Source: Perna viridis | Lineage: Eukaryota | Assembly: GCA_037379345.1 (NCBI GenBank) | Contig: CM074511.1 | Span: forward strand, 35,594,862-35,658,861 | Direction of reading: 5' to 3' | Length of the DNA stretch: 64,000 nucleotides | In this document: in pieces, positions 1-13,600 of the stretch | How the letters are laid out: each line of letters starts with the position of its first letter | How positions within the stretch are numbered: position 1 is the first letter of the stretch | Translations under genes and position numbers: made by a program | The notes under the pieces: generated by a model | Told to the model about the DNA's origin: nothing | Database searches by the model: none | Seen by the model: the letters and a program-made list of their open reading frames with translations, nothing else

Positions 1-2242
1 AACAAAGGTTCCAGTCTTTTTCAATTACAAGTTTCCATTAAAGTTAGATTAATGGGAATTGAATTCAGGTCCGTACAACTTGTCATCATGTTCAACAAAT
101 AGATTAAGGACATGACAACCAAATCATATCATTCAGTCCAGTAATATTCTCAGATAGATATATGCAAAACACCAAGAACAAAACATTTCTTGACAGTCTG
201 GCGTGCCTATGAAATACAAACTGCTTGACTTAAAATCTATTCTTGTTCAAACATATCAATCAAATTGGCTGAAACTACAATTTTCTGTCTAAGAAGATTT
301 TATAGTCATTCAGGGGGAAATAATTCATTCAAGGCAACAGAATTGAAGATCGCAAAATGTAAAGATAAAACGAGACCATTAAGGGTCAATACAACGATTC
401 TCCATTTAAATTGGAAAAGTGTGTTCAATTTATACTATTATCATATAACAAATAGCTGACAGCTTGTTACATGAGGCCCTTGTATCCAAACAGCGATTTC
501 CCATTTACCCGTGGAAACTTGGTAAGTTAATTTTTTTTTAAAAGTAGATATTTGGGTTGTGTGTATATTATTTTATAATTTTACTTCATAAATCATTCTT
601 TGAAAGCTATTCAGAGTTAAAAATGGCTATGAAAGATAATATTATAATAAACAAACAGAAATCCTATACCTTTTTCAATCTCTCACTTTAGCTCATAAAT
701 TGTAAAACTTCTTTGGGTATCGCTTACTCAATTTTCTTAATAAAACTCAAAATATTTAAAAACAGTGAAAAAACCAAGGCTCCATATCTTGACATGATCA
801 ACCTTGAATAGGCATTTCCTTATACATTATGATGAAATTTATGGAAAAATATTTGTCATCTTATCATGAAGGAATATTCAATTATGAGAAAATCTCATAG
901 CAAGTCAATTAAGAAAACATAAAACATCAAACAATAGCTCAGAACAAGACTACCTAAGATGGATTTCTCTCCAGCTTTGATATTCACAGGCTTTTTCTGT
1001 AACCGAGTGACAATCACTTAACCAAACAATCAACACCAAACTCGTTTTAGTATTAATTTTCAAATTGCAGAGGATATCGCCTGTTCACCCGATACTAGTC
1101 ATGCTCTGTGATATGTCATGTCTCAGTTTTCTTAATCTGCGAGTTTAATAAAACACATGAAAATGTTTTGTTAGACAGGATATTACTGGGAGTATCAGCT
1201 GAGACCAGCAATTAGACATGTAATGACTTTAGCACAGGGACTGCAAAGTTTCTTGGATAATTCTCCACTGTCAACATGCAGGAATTATTGAAATTATGTT
1301 CATCAGAAAGCTATACCAAGGGAAACCCAGTAACTTGATTACAGGTTAGCAACTGACACCAGATGTTAAGAATCTCTAATATAATGTTACATGAAGACAA
1401 GAGGAGAAATTAGACAGGTTTGTAACATCAGTTTTATTTCGCTTTTTTAGTTATGAATATACATATTGTTAAAATGACATTAACATACATTTTTTAATAG
1501 TTTGCTTACAAGTAACCATTACAACTCTTTTGAAAACAGTGTCGAAAAACCACACAAATAGATAGATAATGTTGGCTGACCACAATTTCACTTTAACAAA
1601 GAAAACACCTGTTCTCCTGACATCAGTTACTTATGGGTTAGTATAATCAAGGAAAAACAATTCATAGTGCCAACCAATGGTAATACCTCAAGGTGTGCAT
1701 TTGACATTTCACAGAAAATTGAATGTAACCACACCTAAACAAGATTAAATGTACAGACAAACAGACAGACAAGTCTATGGCAATTCTTATATCTTTTCAT
1801 TGTTGGGAAGTTGCAGGGGACATTGCCAATGTTCTTGAGACAGATCACATGTATCAGGCTATAACATGGCAGAACTTCAAATGCCAAATAATAAAAGCAA
1901 TCTAATTTGCTTCCAGTATGAGATAAGAGATCCTTCCCCTAATTCATCAATCACAAATATATTCTTTCCTTGGATTATGCACTCATGTTTTCTCAATAAA
2001 TACAAAGAACATTTTTGTCCAAGATAATTTTCTAAACAGAAGTAAGAATTACCCAAGGGGAAAGTGCCTTACATTTGAATAATCATTCAGCAATGCTTTC
2101 ATCATCTGACAAATGTAAATTAGGCATGTCTTTTATGTAACTTTCTTCTTCATTTCATACAAGGAATAATTACTTAAAGTCAGAGAAATGAATAAGAAAG
2201 CACTTGACACGTTGGGGGCAAAATAACTTTCCTCGCTTTCAA

Positions 2243-2312
2243 AAAGTTATTATTCGGTAGGATTTGTTACCTACTTCCCAAGAAAGTTATCATTCTGTAG
2301 GATTTGTTACCT
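2243..2312. repeat. Short tandem duplication (2 x ~40 bp)
   Basis: AAAGTTATTATTCGGTAGGATTTGTTACCT and AAAGTTATCATTCTGTAGGATTTGTTACCT. Confidence 0.8.
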
Positions 2313-5300
2313 TCTTTTCAAACAGACAGTATTCATTTACTAGGAAACAACTAAAGCAAGTGACTCTTGTTTTATATAATGTTATGTTATTGATTTAATG
2401 TACTGTTTCTACTTCTCTGACCTGAATATGAAAACTTTCCTGTTAAATTAAAACCAACTCAAAAATTCTGCATTAGAACACTTTTCATCTATAACTTAAA
2501 AATTTATATACACATGTGGGTGTTAATACAACATTTGCCACAGCATATTGTAATTACAAATCTTATCAGCAAAAAGGCTTTTAAATAGACTCTTTCAAAG
2601 TTTAATTTCATCTTTCTACATTGAATATTAAAAAAAAATGAACTTTCAATATTACATGATTGAAGCAATGGGAGAGAACAGGAAACCATACTAACATTTT
2701 AATATCTATTTTAATGACATGCCTGGGCGAATATATATATTACATAAAAAACATTGAAATGAACAATCTAACTTGCATTATGTGAAATTAGAGTCTTCTA
2801 TGAATAAGTAATGGACCTGCATGCATTTAACTAGTCCTGATTTTTATCATTTAGTTCATAACAATATTTAGTGTGTTGTCCTTTTTTGTGACTATTTCCC
2901 TAACATATACCAGAAAGGTGTTCCAGTCAAACCAGATCCAATTACTTCAGTATTGTAAGCCTTGTAATTTTAGAATGATATGATAAATTGATAATGAACT
3001 TTCAATACAGACAAGGCTCCTCACAGAGTCAATTTTCTAATCCTATATCTTTTTACAGATGGTACATAAGTGAATAGACAAGAAGACATTGTTTTTCTAC
3101 ATAAAAACCAATGTTCGACATTCATATTTGTTATAATAATTCAGTTTTTATTACCTATATAGGGATGTTTATAGGTGCAACATGCAAGCAGGGAATTAAT
3201 AACTTGAAGTCAATGAGATGTAAACTGATAACGCTCCGAATAAGGTATGTGAAAATGTTCAGCATTATTATCATTATCATTCCCCCTACAATGTTATCCT
3301 AGCCCAGTCACATTATACCACTTATCTCTTCTTTATTCTATGAATTTAATGTGTTATATGAAACAAGCAGAAGTTGTGTACATTGGACGATAATTGTTTA
3401 ATGATAAATGGTATGATTTCATTTTGGAGAGGCACATTTGTTGTATTAACTCCCCTTTGAAATGGAACATGATCGTAAATTATCTTTTAATAAATCAGCT
3501 TTTTAAATTCAATATAGCCAATATTCATTGCATGGGTAAATTACATAGTACTTGCATCACGTCAGATATCCAATAGTCTCTGTAAGTGCTTTTGAAATTG
3601 TTATCAATCTTAAGTGATACCGACCCAGTGGGATATCAGCTTAATATCACAAACACGATTTATATTTCAGCCCATAAACAGACAAACATTGGAGGCAGAT
3701 TTCTCACTTTGAATCAGACATGTAAGGAGTGAGGCAGGATCTAAAATTGGGATTTGAACGAGCCATTAACTGTACAACAATTATAGCCTACTTATCATGG
3801 ATACCATACAATTTTTATTGGAATTCAGAAGTTTTAATGGGACATCAAATAGCTTTGTTATGATGCATTTGTATCAAAGAAATGAACAGCATGTACAAAA
3901 GGAATGTTCAATCAATTTCCTACTATTTCAGATCAAATGACAAACTAACACACACGATTTATCCATTGGCAGCTAAGCATTAGCAGGTATGTTTATTATA
4001 CAAGATTTAATATTGTGTTTTTTGTAAAGACTTTTTGCAGGTACTTTCAAAACAGATTTAATATTGGCTTTTTTTGCTGAAGATTTATTATTGCAATTGC
4101 TCTGTTCAAATGAAATATTGACATTTAATAATGTTCATTGGCAGCAATATTACATAGAATTCTTCTCTTTACTCTAAAACACATGCCATTATTTATTGAA
4201 GTTTCACAAGTAAAACATCATCTTTGTTTCCCCTTTTCTAAGAGCATTCAAAAATTACCAAAAAAAGTTCAAGAAGGTTTAATTTTATATCTTTCTTTTC
4301 ATCATTTTAAATAGATAAATAATGTAAATCAAGCCTATAATTACCATCATTTATGGAATCTTACCCTTATCCATCACCCATGTCAAACTGTTTAAAGGGA
4401 AAATGATCAAAGTAGGTCGATTTTAATAGAAAACCATCAGGAAGGGAAATTTTGATGTAATTTTCATGTAATTAGGTCTGTTCCTGTCTTTTGCTAATGG
4501 AATGCATTAGACAGCTACGATGACTTCTTAATCACCCAAACTCCTACAAAATAATTCCTTCTACATCTGCCTAACCATTCATCATAAAAACAAACCCAAT
4601 TCAAATCATAATCACTTTTCAATTCAGTATGCCTGTTTCTGTAATGTCAAGATATCTCAACATCTAATTGTATATGGACAAGATATGCAGAAACATCTTA
4701 CATTAAAACCTAATGCCAAGTTTTCTAGAAATGTGAAAGACAGAAAATAACTTCAAAAGAATAAAAGAACTTTTGTGAGTTTTGACACAGACAGACAGTC
4801 AAAGTCACATTGGAGAAAGGATGCCATGTACCAATACTGACTAAAAATATTGACTTCAAACTAATAATTGAACCAAGTTATAAATTAAATAAGTCCTATC
4901 ACATAAGCTGTTGGTTTGTAATCTTGAAACTTTTCATACCAGAAAATGCCAAATCTATAAAAAAAAAAATTTAAAAATCTGACACCAATCCAACATATCA
5001 ATAAACTTTACCTTATGTCAAGCAACTGTTTTGCTCCATTATGCATCAAATCAATGAGAGTTTGTATCAAACAGCCCAATAGTACATGGGAAGCTTGCTG
5101 GATCATTAGACATTGTCAACACTGCCAGCTCGCTACTTAACAATTTATTTCTAATTACTGATAGTTAAAATACAAGACGTTAAACACTGTCTTCAGGGTA
5201 CCAAGGACAGAGAGTTCTAAAAGCATTTAATATATCAAAGCCAAAAGCAGCACTGGTTTTTATAATTAAACTTCAAAGCTATACTGCTATAACTGTGATC

Positions 5301-8300
5301 ATTTGATTGTTGGGTTGGTTGTTTTTTTTTCCTACTCTAGTTTTCAATCCCCAGCAGTAATCAATGGCTTTCATGTTACATGCATGAGCAAACAAAATAA
5401 TGGATAATTTACTCTGAAATTTATTATGGTTTTATATAAAGCGTTTGAAACAAGTTCATATAATCAAATTTATTACATTTTTTGACGTTTGTAATCACAC
5501 AGGCTTCATTTATTACGTAGGTATTCAACATTATATATAAATAAGAATTTCCCTGTCTATTTCTTTACACTGTAGAGAAATCTTTTTACAGTCAATCTCA
5601 CTCAACTGAGAAGGGTGTGCTTGAGAGCCATTCTTTGAAACACACTGCCAATGGAGATTGTGTCACTAGGAGGATCATTCAATGGAGAAGAATTTCTAAT
5701 ATGAGGATAATAAATCTTCCTGTTAGATTAATTCACACAGTACAGACTAATATTTGGTGCAGTTTTTATTATGAATTGGACATGTTAACATCTCAAAGGC
5801 CTGGCTGATTGTGGATAAATGAGCATCTTTCCAACCACAAGTACATTTTTCTCTGTGATGTGAAAGGGATATTCTTGCCACATTTGTGTCAGTGAAACTC
5901 ATGACAAATTGATACAATTAACGTCACATAGAGTCTTCTAAGTAAAGACAAGAATTGTGCTATTGTACATCTCATGAATATCTATATCAAGGCTTGCTTG
6001 GAAACCAACATGGGCTCGGTTTTAGGTCTTTCTTTGGGAATATCAATGTACCAAGATATTCAGTTATGAACAGAAAGATCATGTGCACCAAGTTAATAAA
6101 AAGAAGATTTTACCACAGGTGGAGAGATAGAAAACTTATATCAGGGCATATGCAGCATCATTAGTGATTAAATGAAGTGTAAATTAAGTTTAGATTGCAT
6201 TCAAATGATGACGCAGGATTCTTTATGAGCTAACACAACAACCAGAAAAGGAGAGAAAAGGTAAATATGAATACTTTACATATTTAACTTATAATCATAT
6301 AAATGAGAGATGACATTTGACACTGATTTCAGTATAAGATGACAAGTCTATGTGGCCTTCTCAACAAATTTCACTGGCAGTTGACAAGTCAAAAGAATAG
6401 TTCAAAAGGCATAGAAAATAACTACTGCACCAGGCTTATCTGCCCAGAGATTAAGGCCAGTTTAAAGACCATCACCAATGCACCTACTAACTACTTTGAT
6501 GTGCAGTTTTATAGTGAAGAAAAGATAAGCTACATTGAAGTCGATTTATCTTCATCAAACCCTTTGAGTGGAGTAATGGGTTATTATAGCCCAGGCTGTT
6601 AGAAATATTTACATTTAGATTGGCTTGTGTATAAGACTATTTATTCGGTTTAATGGATTGTGGGGACTCTATAAAATAAACTATCTCGTTTCACTGTTTC
6701 AAACTTCAATAAATTCAGAGTGACTGCTCAAGGCTCAGTCAGTTCAATATAACCAGGATTGGGAGCTTTTACAAAATTAAAATTTATGTTCTACTGATTC
6801 CATACCAGACACTCGTTTAATTATTTACGACAAAAAACAATAGGTTCTCATTAAATTGAAAAGATTCAAATGAGGAAACAGTTTTTCTTAGTTCTCAGAG
6901 GAACTATTACAAGGATTATGTAAATTTTCCTGTGATTGTTTCAATATTTACTCCAGTTCATTAACACTGGATCTATTTAGGAGTGATTGATAAATTACAG
7001 CTTTTCCTGATTGATGAATTACAATCTTCTTACGATCAATCATTTTAACTTTTTATGAAGCTTTTGAAATAGAAACAGAATATCTGAACATCAGAAAGCT
7101 TTCCTCAACATTTCAAGTATAATGCTTACAGGCATTGTTTGATAACATTGGAATCATGTTTAAGACTTCTAACACTTTGTTTAGGTTTTATATTTGTTGT
7201 GATGCCTAAATGTAATGTTTGTTCTGGAAGCTTTTTACTATAGAGTTATTTTCATGCTGTATTTATTTTTACTAACAAATGAGCTGTTGGCAATAAATAA
7301 GGGTATGTAGGTGTTCCCTCAACAGGATTCTATTCCCTTATTAGTCATAGGGCTGGGCTATTCCTTAGATATCCTATGTTTCTCCTCTTATAAAAACCAA
7401 GATAAGTCTTAAGAGGACTGTCACATCATTACCAACTTCATAACAGGCAACAAGCTAGCCTTATTTATGATGCAAGTTTTACTGGATTCAATCCTCAACT
7501 ACTAAGTGTATTTGGAAAGGATTAATAGATGCTTCTCTAAGTGAAGAATATTTTCAGAGACACATGTACATGTATAACCCAATGGCCAAGTAAGTCAGGT
7601 TGAAAGCAAAACTAAATAGTCCTAGCCAAGTAACAGGCCATCCTATCTCCAGCGACATGTAATTTCACCATACATCATCCTGTCACAAAACATTGTAACA
7701 ACAAACCCTGTAATATCACTAATACAAACAATCCCAAGTCACGTAAATAATAAACATAGGTTTAAGAATACGAAATTATCTCCACAAAAAGATAATGAAA
7801 CTTGAAATGAAAGATCATTTGAACAAAAGAAAGATATCAACAAGTTTTTGAAGATTCCGTAACGCTGATAAAATTTCAAAGGAGTAAATCTGCAGAAAGA
7901 AATTGAAGTCTAATCAAATTTCATCAAATCTTATTTTTGAGCTCACATTTTATGCATTGAATGTGCAAACAAGAAACATATACATAAGAAAACCAGCTGT
8001 TTGAGGCTCAAGCTAAAAGCAATTTTCAATTTAAAGGATTACTGCAAAGTGCAAAACTGTTTTCAAAGCATCACATTTCAGTCATTATTCATGGAGCATC
8101 ATGAGATCCCTACTAAATCACTCCTGATCATTTAAGTCAATCCATAAGTTAGTTTTGGCTGATCCGTTTCTCTCATAAGTGCAGTCTGCATGAAACAGCT
8201 ATAGGGCTTTTTACAGATGAGGAAAGTAAGATTCATTTATTTAAATGTTTTCAACACATTACAGGAGCAGTTATCAGAGACAAACAAATGGGTTTTAGTT

Positions 8301-9110
8301 CTAAGGATTTTCAATCACTTTACTGATGATAAGAGTGAAGTATTAATGGTATTCTATATAATTGAAAATCTTCAGCTTGCCATCACATCGCCTTTCTCTA
8401 GCACGGCATCAAAAACTCTCATATAGGATTTATCTGGTGTTTCCATGAAAGCCTATTGAGGCAGGAATAAGACAGAAATATGAAGAAAAGACCTAATTGA
8501 TTTGGTTCTTGTATTTTATGTCTTACAGGAAGAATACTGAACTCCATGGAGGCAATCATGATATGTGAATGTAAGAATGACAATAGAAGGAATTGGTTCA
8601 ATTAGGTAGGGGAATTTACTAGTGACATTGCTGATGATTTTCCCGTCAACTACAATTCAGCATGACAGTATAACCAGGAGGAACATAGCATGATGCAGGC
8701 AAGTCTAGCTTTTGTTTATACTGCTATTACCAATGTTTATTGTACTGTTTTTATGTAATAATGGAAAGACAATTGACTGCTGATCTAGGCATATTGGATT
8801 TCTCTACAAGAATATTGCATTCTCTTTTCTGTTTTTTTATACATTAGTTGAGAACTGGTTTGGTTTATTGAAGTATATTTAATTTTGGTTTATGTTCTTC
8901 TTGAAACTTGTGATGGAGTTAGTCATAATAACAATAGTAAAAATTTTCTCCAGATTTGGGCAATCAATGTTAATTAAGACATATTTAATGAAGTTATCTT
9001 GGTTTTGATACTTTAAAGGAATACAAAATGATGGTAAACTCTAAGCACTTAGGTGTTAAGTTGACACAAACTTGACAAAAAACATGTCACCAGAACTGAT
9101 GAACACTTAC

Positions 9111-9162
9111 CTGGTCGAGTATCCATACTGTTCATAGGTGGTACTGAACCCCCTCCAGGAGG
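9111..9162 (-). CDS. SSBP3: SSBP/SSDP coding exon 9 (PPGGGSVPPMNSMDTRP-G)
   Basis: gtatttcAG|CCT acceptor, CAG|GTAAGT donor, 52 nt, ends in phase 1; matches PPGG...NSMDPTR..G of SSBP proteins. Confidence 0.92.
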
Positions 9163-10564
9163 CTGAAATACAGGGAGATAGCTTTGATAAACATATGAAA
9201 TTACATTCAAGACTTAACCAGTTTATTATGGCACATAGAATGATTTGTTAAGTGTTACAACTTGTTACATGTTATCAACCCATTAAAATCAAAATAAGGA
9301 TAAGATTTTGAAAAATAATAGCAGTGTCGTTTCATATCGTATTCATGACAACTTGAAATCTCAATATATTCTGGTCAGAGGTAAACACAGTTTAATATTT
9401 TAGTATTAGGCAAAAGTATCCCACCTAAGGAAAATAATGTACTTCTCAAGTTAGCAAGTCATCATAAACAGCTTTAAACAATAAAATCGGGCAACAAGTA
9501 TTGGGTTTTCCTTCTGTAACAAACCCTACAGGAAAAGTATTAATTTAACCAGTAATATAACCAACATCAAACAATCCTTTTGAATTAAACAGCAGCCACT
9601 TTATCCAAGACCATGATATTTCACTTGTTACAATTCTTTATTGTGTGTAATTATATAATTACGGACCTGAGACTATTATGTTGGTGAACCTATAAGGGAT
9701 CAATAACAGGCTTGTTTAACAGTGCTTTATTCTAGTCCATTGTTTGATCTCTATGAAAAACATGAGAGTTGCATAAATCCCTGAGAACCTGGCAATGATT
9801 ATGATCAGCATGGGGAGATAGTGGTCCTATTTCAATACACAGAGGTAAAAATTTAAGTACATGCATTCAGTCTGTAAAGTTATACGACTCTATAATTTTA
9901 AGGTAAATTTTCACAACAGCAAATAGCTGAATAAAAAACAATCCTACTTATATGAATGCTGGAAATGATAAGACACCCTCTATCCAAACATCTAGTCAGG
10001 AGTCTAGCTTTATCATTATCCTGAATGATAGATATTATAGCAAAACCAGAATCAGTTAAATTGAGAATGAGGTTGATTTCTTTTCATTATTCTTCTTAAT
10101 TACAATCTAAGAACCGGTTAGCTTTAGCTGTATATAACCAACTGCTAATAGGAAGATTTTTAACTACTCTAGTCTATAGATGTCTGTTATCTAAGTTACA
10201 TGTTTGATCATTGACTCAGTCATTATGTAAAGATTCTCTGGATTTAAAGGCCTGATCATTTTGTTAAATCAAATGGCAGCTTAGTTAATGAGGTTCACTG
10301 TTATATGTTATGCTAGTGGTGTACTCTGGGGTAAATGCTTCAGAGATTGATGATAGTCATCTACAAGTTGTCTTTCATTTTCACAACCTTTTACTAACGA
10401 GGAGAGATCAAAAGCATTGTTAGATAGAAAGACCAAAAATGATTTAGATAAAAATCACTTTTCTACCTGTGTTTAAGAGGCAAGTTGCATGACCCAACCA
10501 TTTAGAAAAATATTGCATGAAAGCAGAAGTCCATCATGACCTTATGTGGAAAATGTCTACTTAC

Positions 10565-10639
10565 ATTAAAATCATTTGGCATCCGAGGAACTGGTCCCGG
10601 CCCCCGTGGACCACCTGGATATCGTGGGTTCATGAATGG
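10565..10639 (-). CDS. SSBP3: SSBP/SSDP coding exon 8 (PFMNPRYPGGPRGPGPVPRMPNDFN)
   Basis: attttcAG|CCA acceptor, AAT|GTAAGT donor, 75 nt; matches PFMSPRYxGGPR of SSBP proteins. Confidence 0.94.
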
Positions 10640-13600
10640 CTGAAAATATGAAAAAAAAACTTGCATAAGAATTTGAGGACAATACTTTTTTCAAAGGGAG
10701 TGTAATGATATATCAATAATATTTTAAGTTTCTAAATAAAACACCATTTCTTTTTAAATAACATAAACCAACAGTTCTATGAAAAAATAACATGTATGCA
10801 TAATATTTACAGTTCCAAGCAATTCTGACACCATTAAAAATTAAAAGTGTACACAAGATATTTCCCACATGGCCTTTTTACTGCATCATGAATGAAAATA
10901 ATGGTATTGTGGCTAGAATATCTTTTCAGCCCATTAGCATTTCTATTTCCCAACACTGATACAAAAAGACAAAAACATACTGTTTTTTCCTTTGACATTA
11001 TGTATTAAAAGTTTATTTATGAAGCATCAGACATCAATTAAGGCTTCAAAAAGCAATATTAAAATCTCTGATATATAAATTCTTTCTAATAAATTCTAAT
11101 CATAGACTCTCCGAGTCCAAAAACTGAAAAACATCTGACGACAAAGACAAAATAAGATATTCCCCATGACATAACTACACCATCAGCTGAAATCATTTTT
11201 TAGAACTTATTCTTCTAAATCTGCAAAGAATGCTTGTTAATTAAGACATATTCTCAATGTGGTCTAATAATAATACAGTTGTATAATGCTCAAGTATTGT
11301 TTGAATAGGAATGAAGGCCTTGAGTAAATCAATTAACACAATATTCCAAAAGACCAAAAAAAGATAAATATTCATAAACTCCATTTCAAGTAAAATTAAA
11401 GCCCCACAAAAATGACTTCACAAGGAAAATATACAACAGGAAACCCATGTTGTTTCAAAAGGAAAGTTGATTTATATGCCATGAATTAGATTGAAATTCC
11501 ACTCCCGCTTTGCATGACATATTAAATTAGTTGACAGTTTCTCATTTTCCTCGGATCATATTATCTAGACAAAGGTACATTTATATTAGTTTTTCCAACA
11601 AATATCAGCTTAGCACAAGTCTCATATGATGGCTGTTAATGTTCAATATTTGAGAAAATTTCAATTTCTCTTGAAAATAGTTTGAAAAGGATCATTTTAA
11701 ACTATGACATTGAAAGCTTTTAGGCAGAGAGGAAATTCAATTTCATTTTTTTTTACTCACTATGAAAGGCTTAAATTATTTCATTTGATAGAGCAATCAT
11801 TTAAAATGATTTTACAACCATCTTAAATATCTAATGCAAACATGTGTTTTCAAGGAGGTGTATATCATTATAAATTATCCAACTCGGATCCATAAAAATG
11901 TCAATGTTTTTTCAAAGGAAACACTGAAGTGTACATTTCTAATTTCTTCAAATGATGCCGCTAGAGATTTTAGATGGTGGAGCATTAAAAACCCATATTC
12001 AAATGCAAGATTTGTTTCACAAAGGACTGATTGGCTACTTAAGATTGTAAAATGAATATTAGTGGGTTGAAAGGCTCTTCAAATTCGAACTAAGAACATC
12101 CTCAATAGTGATTAATGAAGCAACGTCTCAATGTCGTGAATATTGGTCACATCTTTATTCAATCACTGGTACCCATAACACTGTTATACATTTTAACATG
12201 CAAAGAGTGGATTTCTTTTTCAAATGTTTATCTTACAGTCTGCTGTACCTTTCAAGTTATTTTGCTTCATCTCAGTACTTGATAAACATACATGGAAAAT
12301 CTGTTTTCTCCAGTGCTTTGATGAATTACAAGCCATAATTCTAAGAGAAATTGGTTTTTGTGCTTAAAATTAATAATGAAGTACCTTTGGACATGATGCA
12401 TATCAAGTTATAATGGTAGATTCATTATGTTTAAAGTAGCCTAAAGGCAGTTATAACATGGGACTGAATAATGATGGACAAATTTCATTTTTCCATTTAT
12501 GTAGGATTTAGCAAGCTGCATGGAATTAGGTTGACAACAATCATTGGATACGGAAAATTCCTATCTCTATCAATTCACTGCCAAGATTACCTTGGAGTGT
12601 AATTTCCTCAAAGTTGTGAAAGTTATTTGGATATGTATTCACAAAGCTTGATATGGAATTGATTCAGTGTTTGTAAGGATCTTAAACATGTTCTATTCGT
12701 TAATGGGAGAAAATGGAAGTGATTACAGCAGGGATTTATTTCTTAAGAAGCCCTCAGCGTTAAAAGGTAAGCTGAAGCTTTTATCTCATCAATTATTTCT
12801 ACATACAGTAAATGACTTCATAAACCGCAACAGATGCAGAGTAAACATTTGGCTATTTTCCCTATCAGTTCTAATAATAAACAGAAAGTAATCAGTTCAG
12901 CTATCATTTTACATTCATATATACCCCATTAGGATAATAAGTATATTTGATAGCCTATAAGGTATTACTATATGTAGAAAATTAAATCTATGTTGTAACA
13001 GAACACATTGTAAGAAAATGATCCGCATGCTGCAATATAATTGATGAAAAGAATTCAGAGAATACAAAAACACCTGTGAGGTATACTATCAAAGTACCTT
13101 TGATCTTCTTTATGAAATATCTATATAACATGGTATGCAACACATAAGGGTTATGCATAAAATTTTAATCATTTAACTTCATTACGATGACAACTACATA
13201 TTGAAATGCATCAACAGGACACATTATTTCTTCGAGAAAAGGGGGAGTGGGGGTAAAAGAGAACCATGAGGATTTCCTTCGGCTGTATTTAGAAGTCAGG
13301 TTACTTGAGATGCTTTCAGTGTACTTGATTTTTTGACACCAAGGTATAACTTCTATTTCTCTCTATAAGCCTTTCCAAAACCTGAACTGAGACGTATTTC
13401 AGCAAAGGACACGATACAATCTACTTTCCACTATTACATCAGCAGAAACTACTGCAGTGCCTTCAACAAGGAGATTTTCTCTGTAATTAGCTTTGGTAAT
13501 GTAACCATCAAACAAATGAGCTGGACAGATTTCTAGTGTTTTACTAATTAACAGGTAATAACAGACATCAGATCGATGCTTTGATTATTAGGAGGATGTT

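Noticed and set aside
1-9110. Next SSBP exon (expected GHP/GxPxMGGPMQRM-like, phase 1)
   Set aside because: No Pro/Gly/Met-rich, splice-bounded segment was found; it is presumably left of the window.
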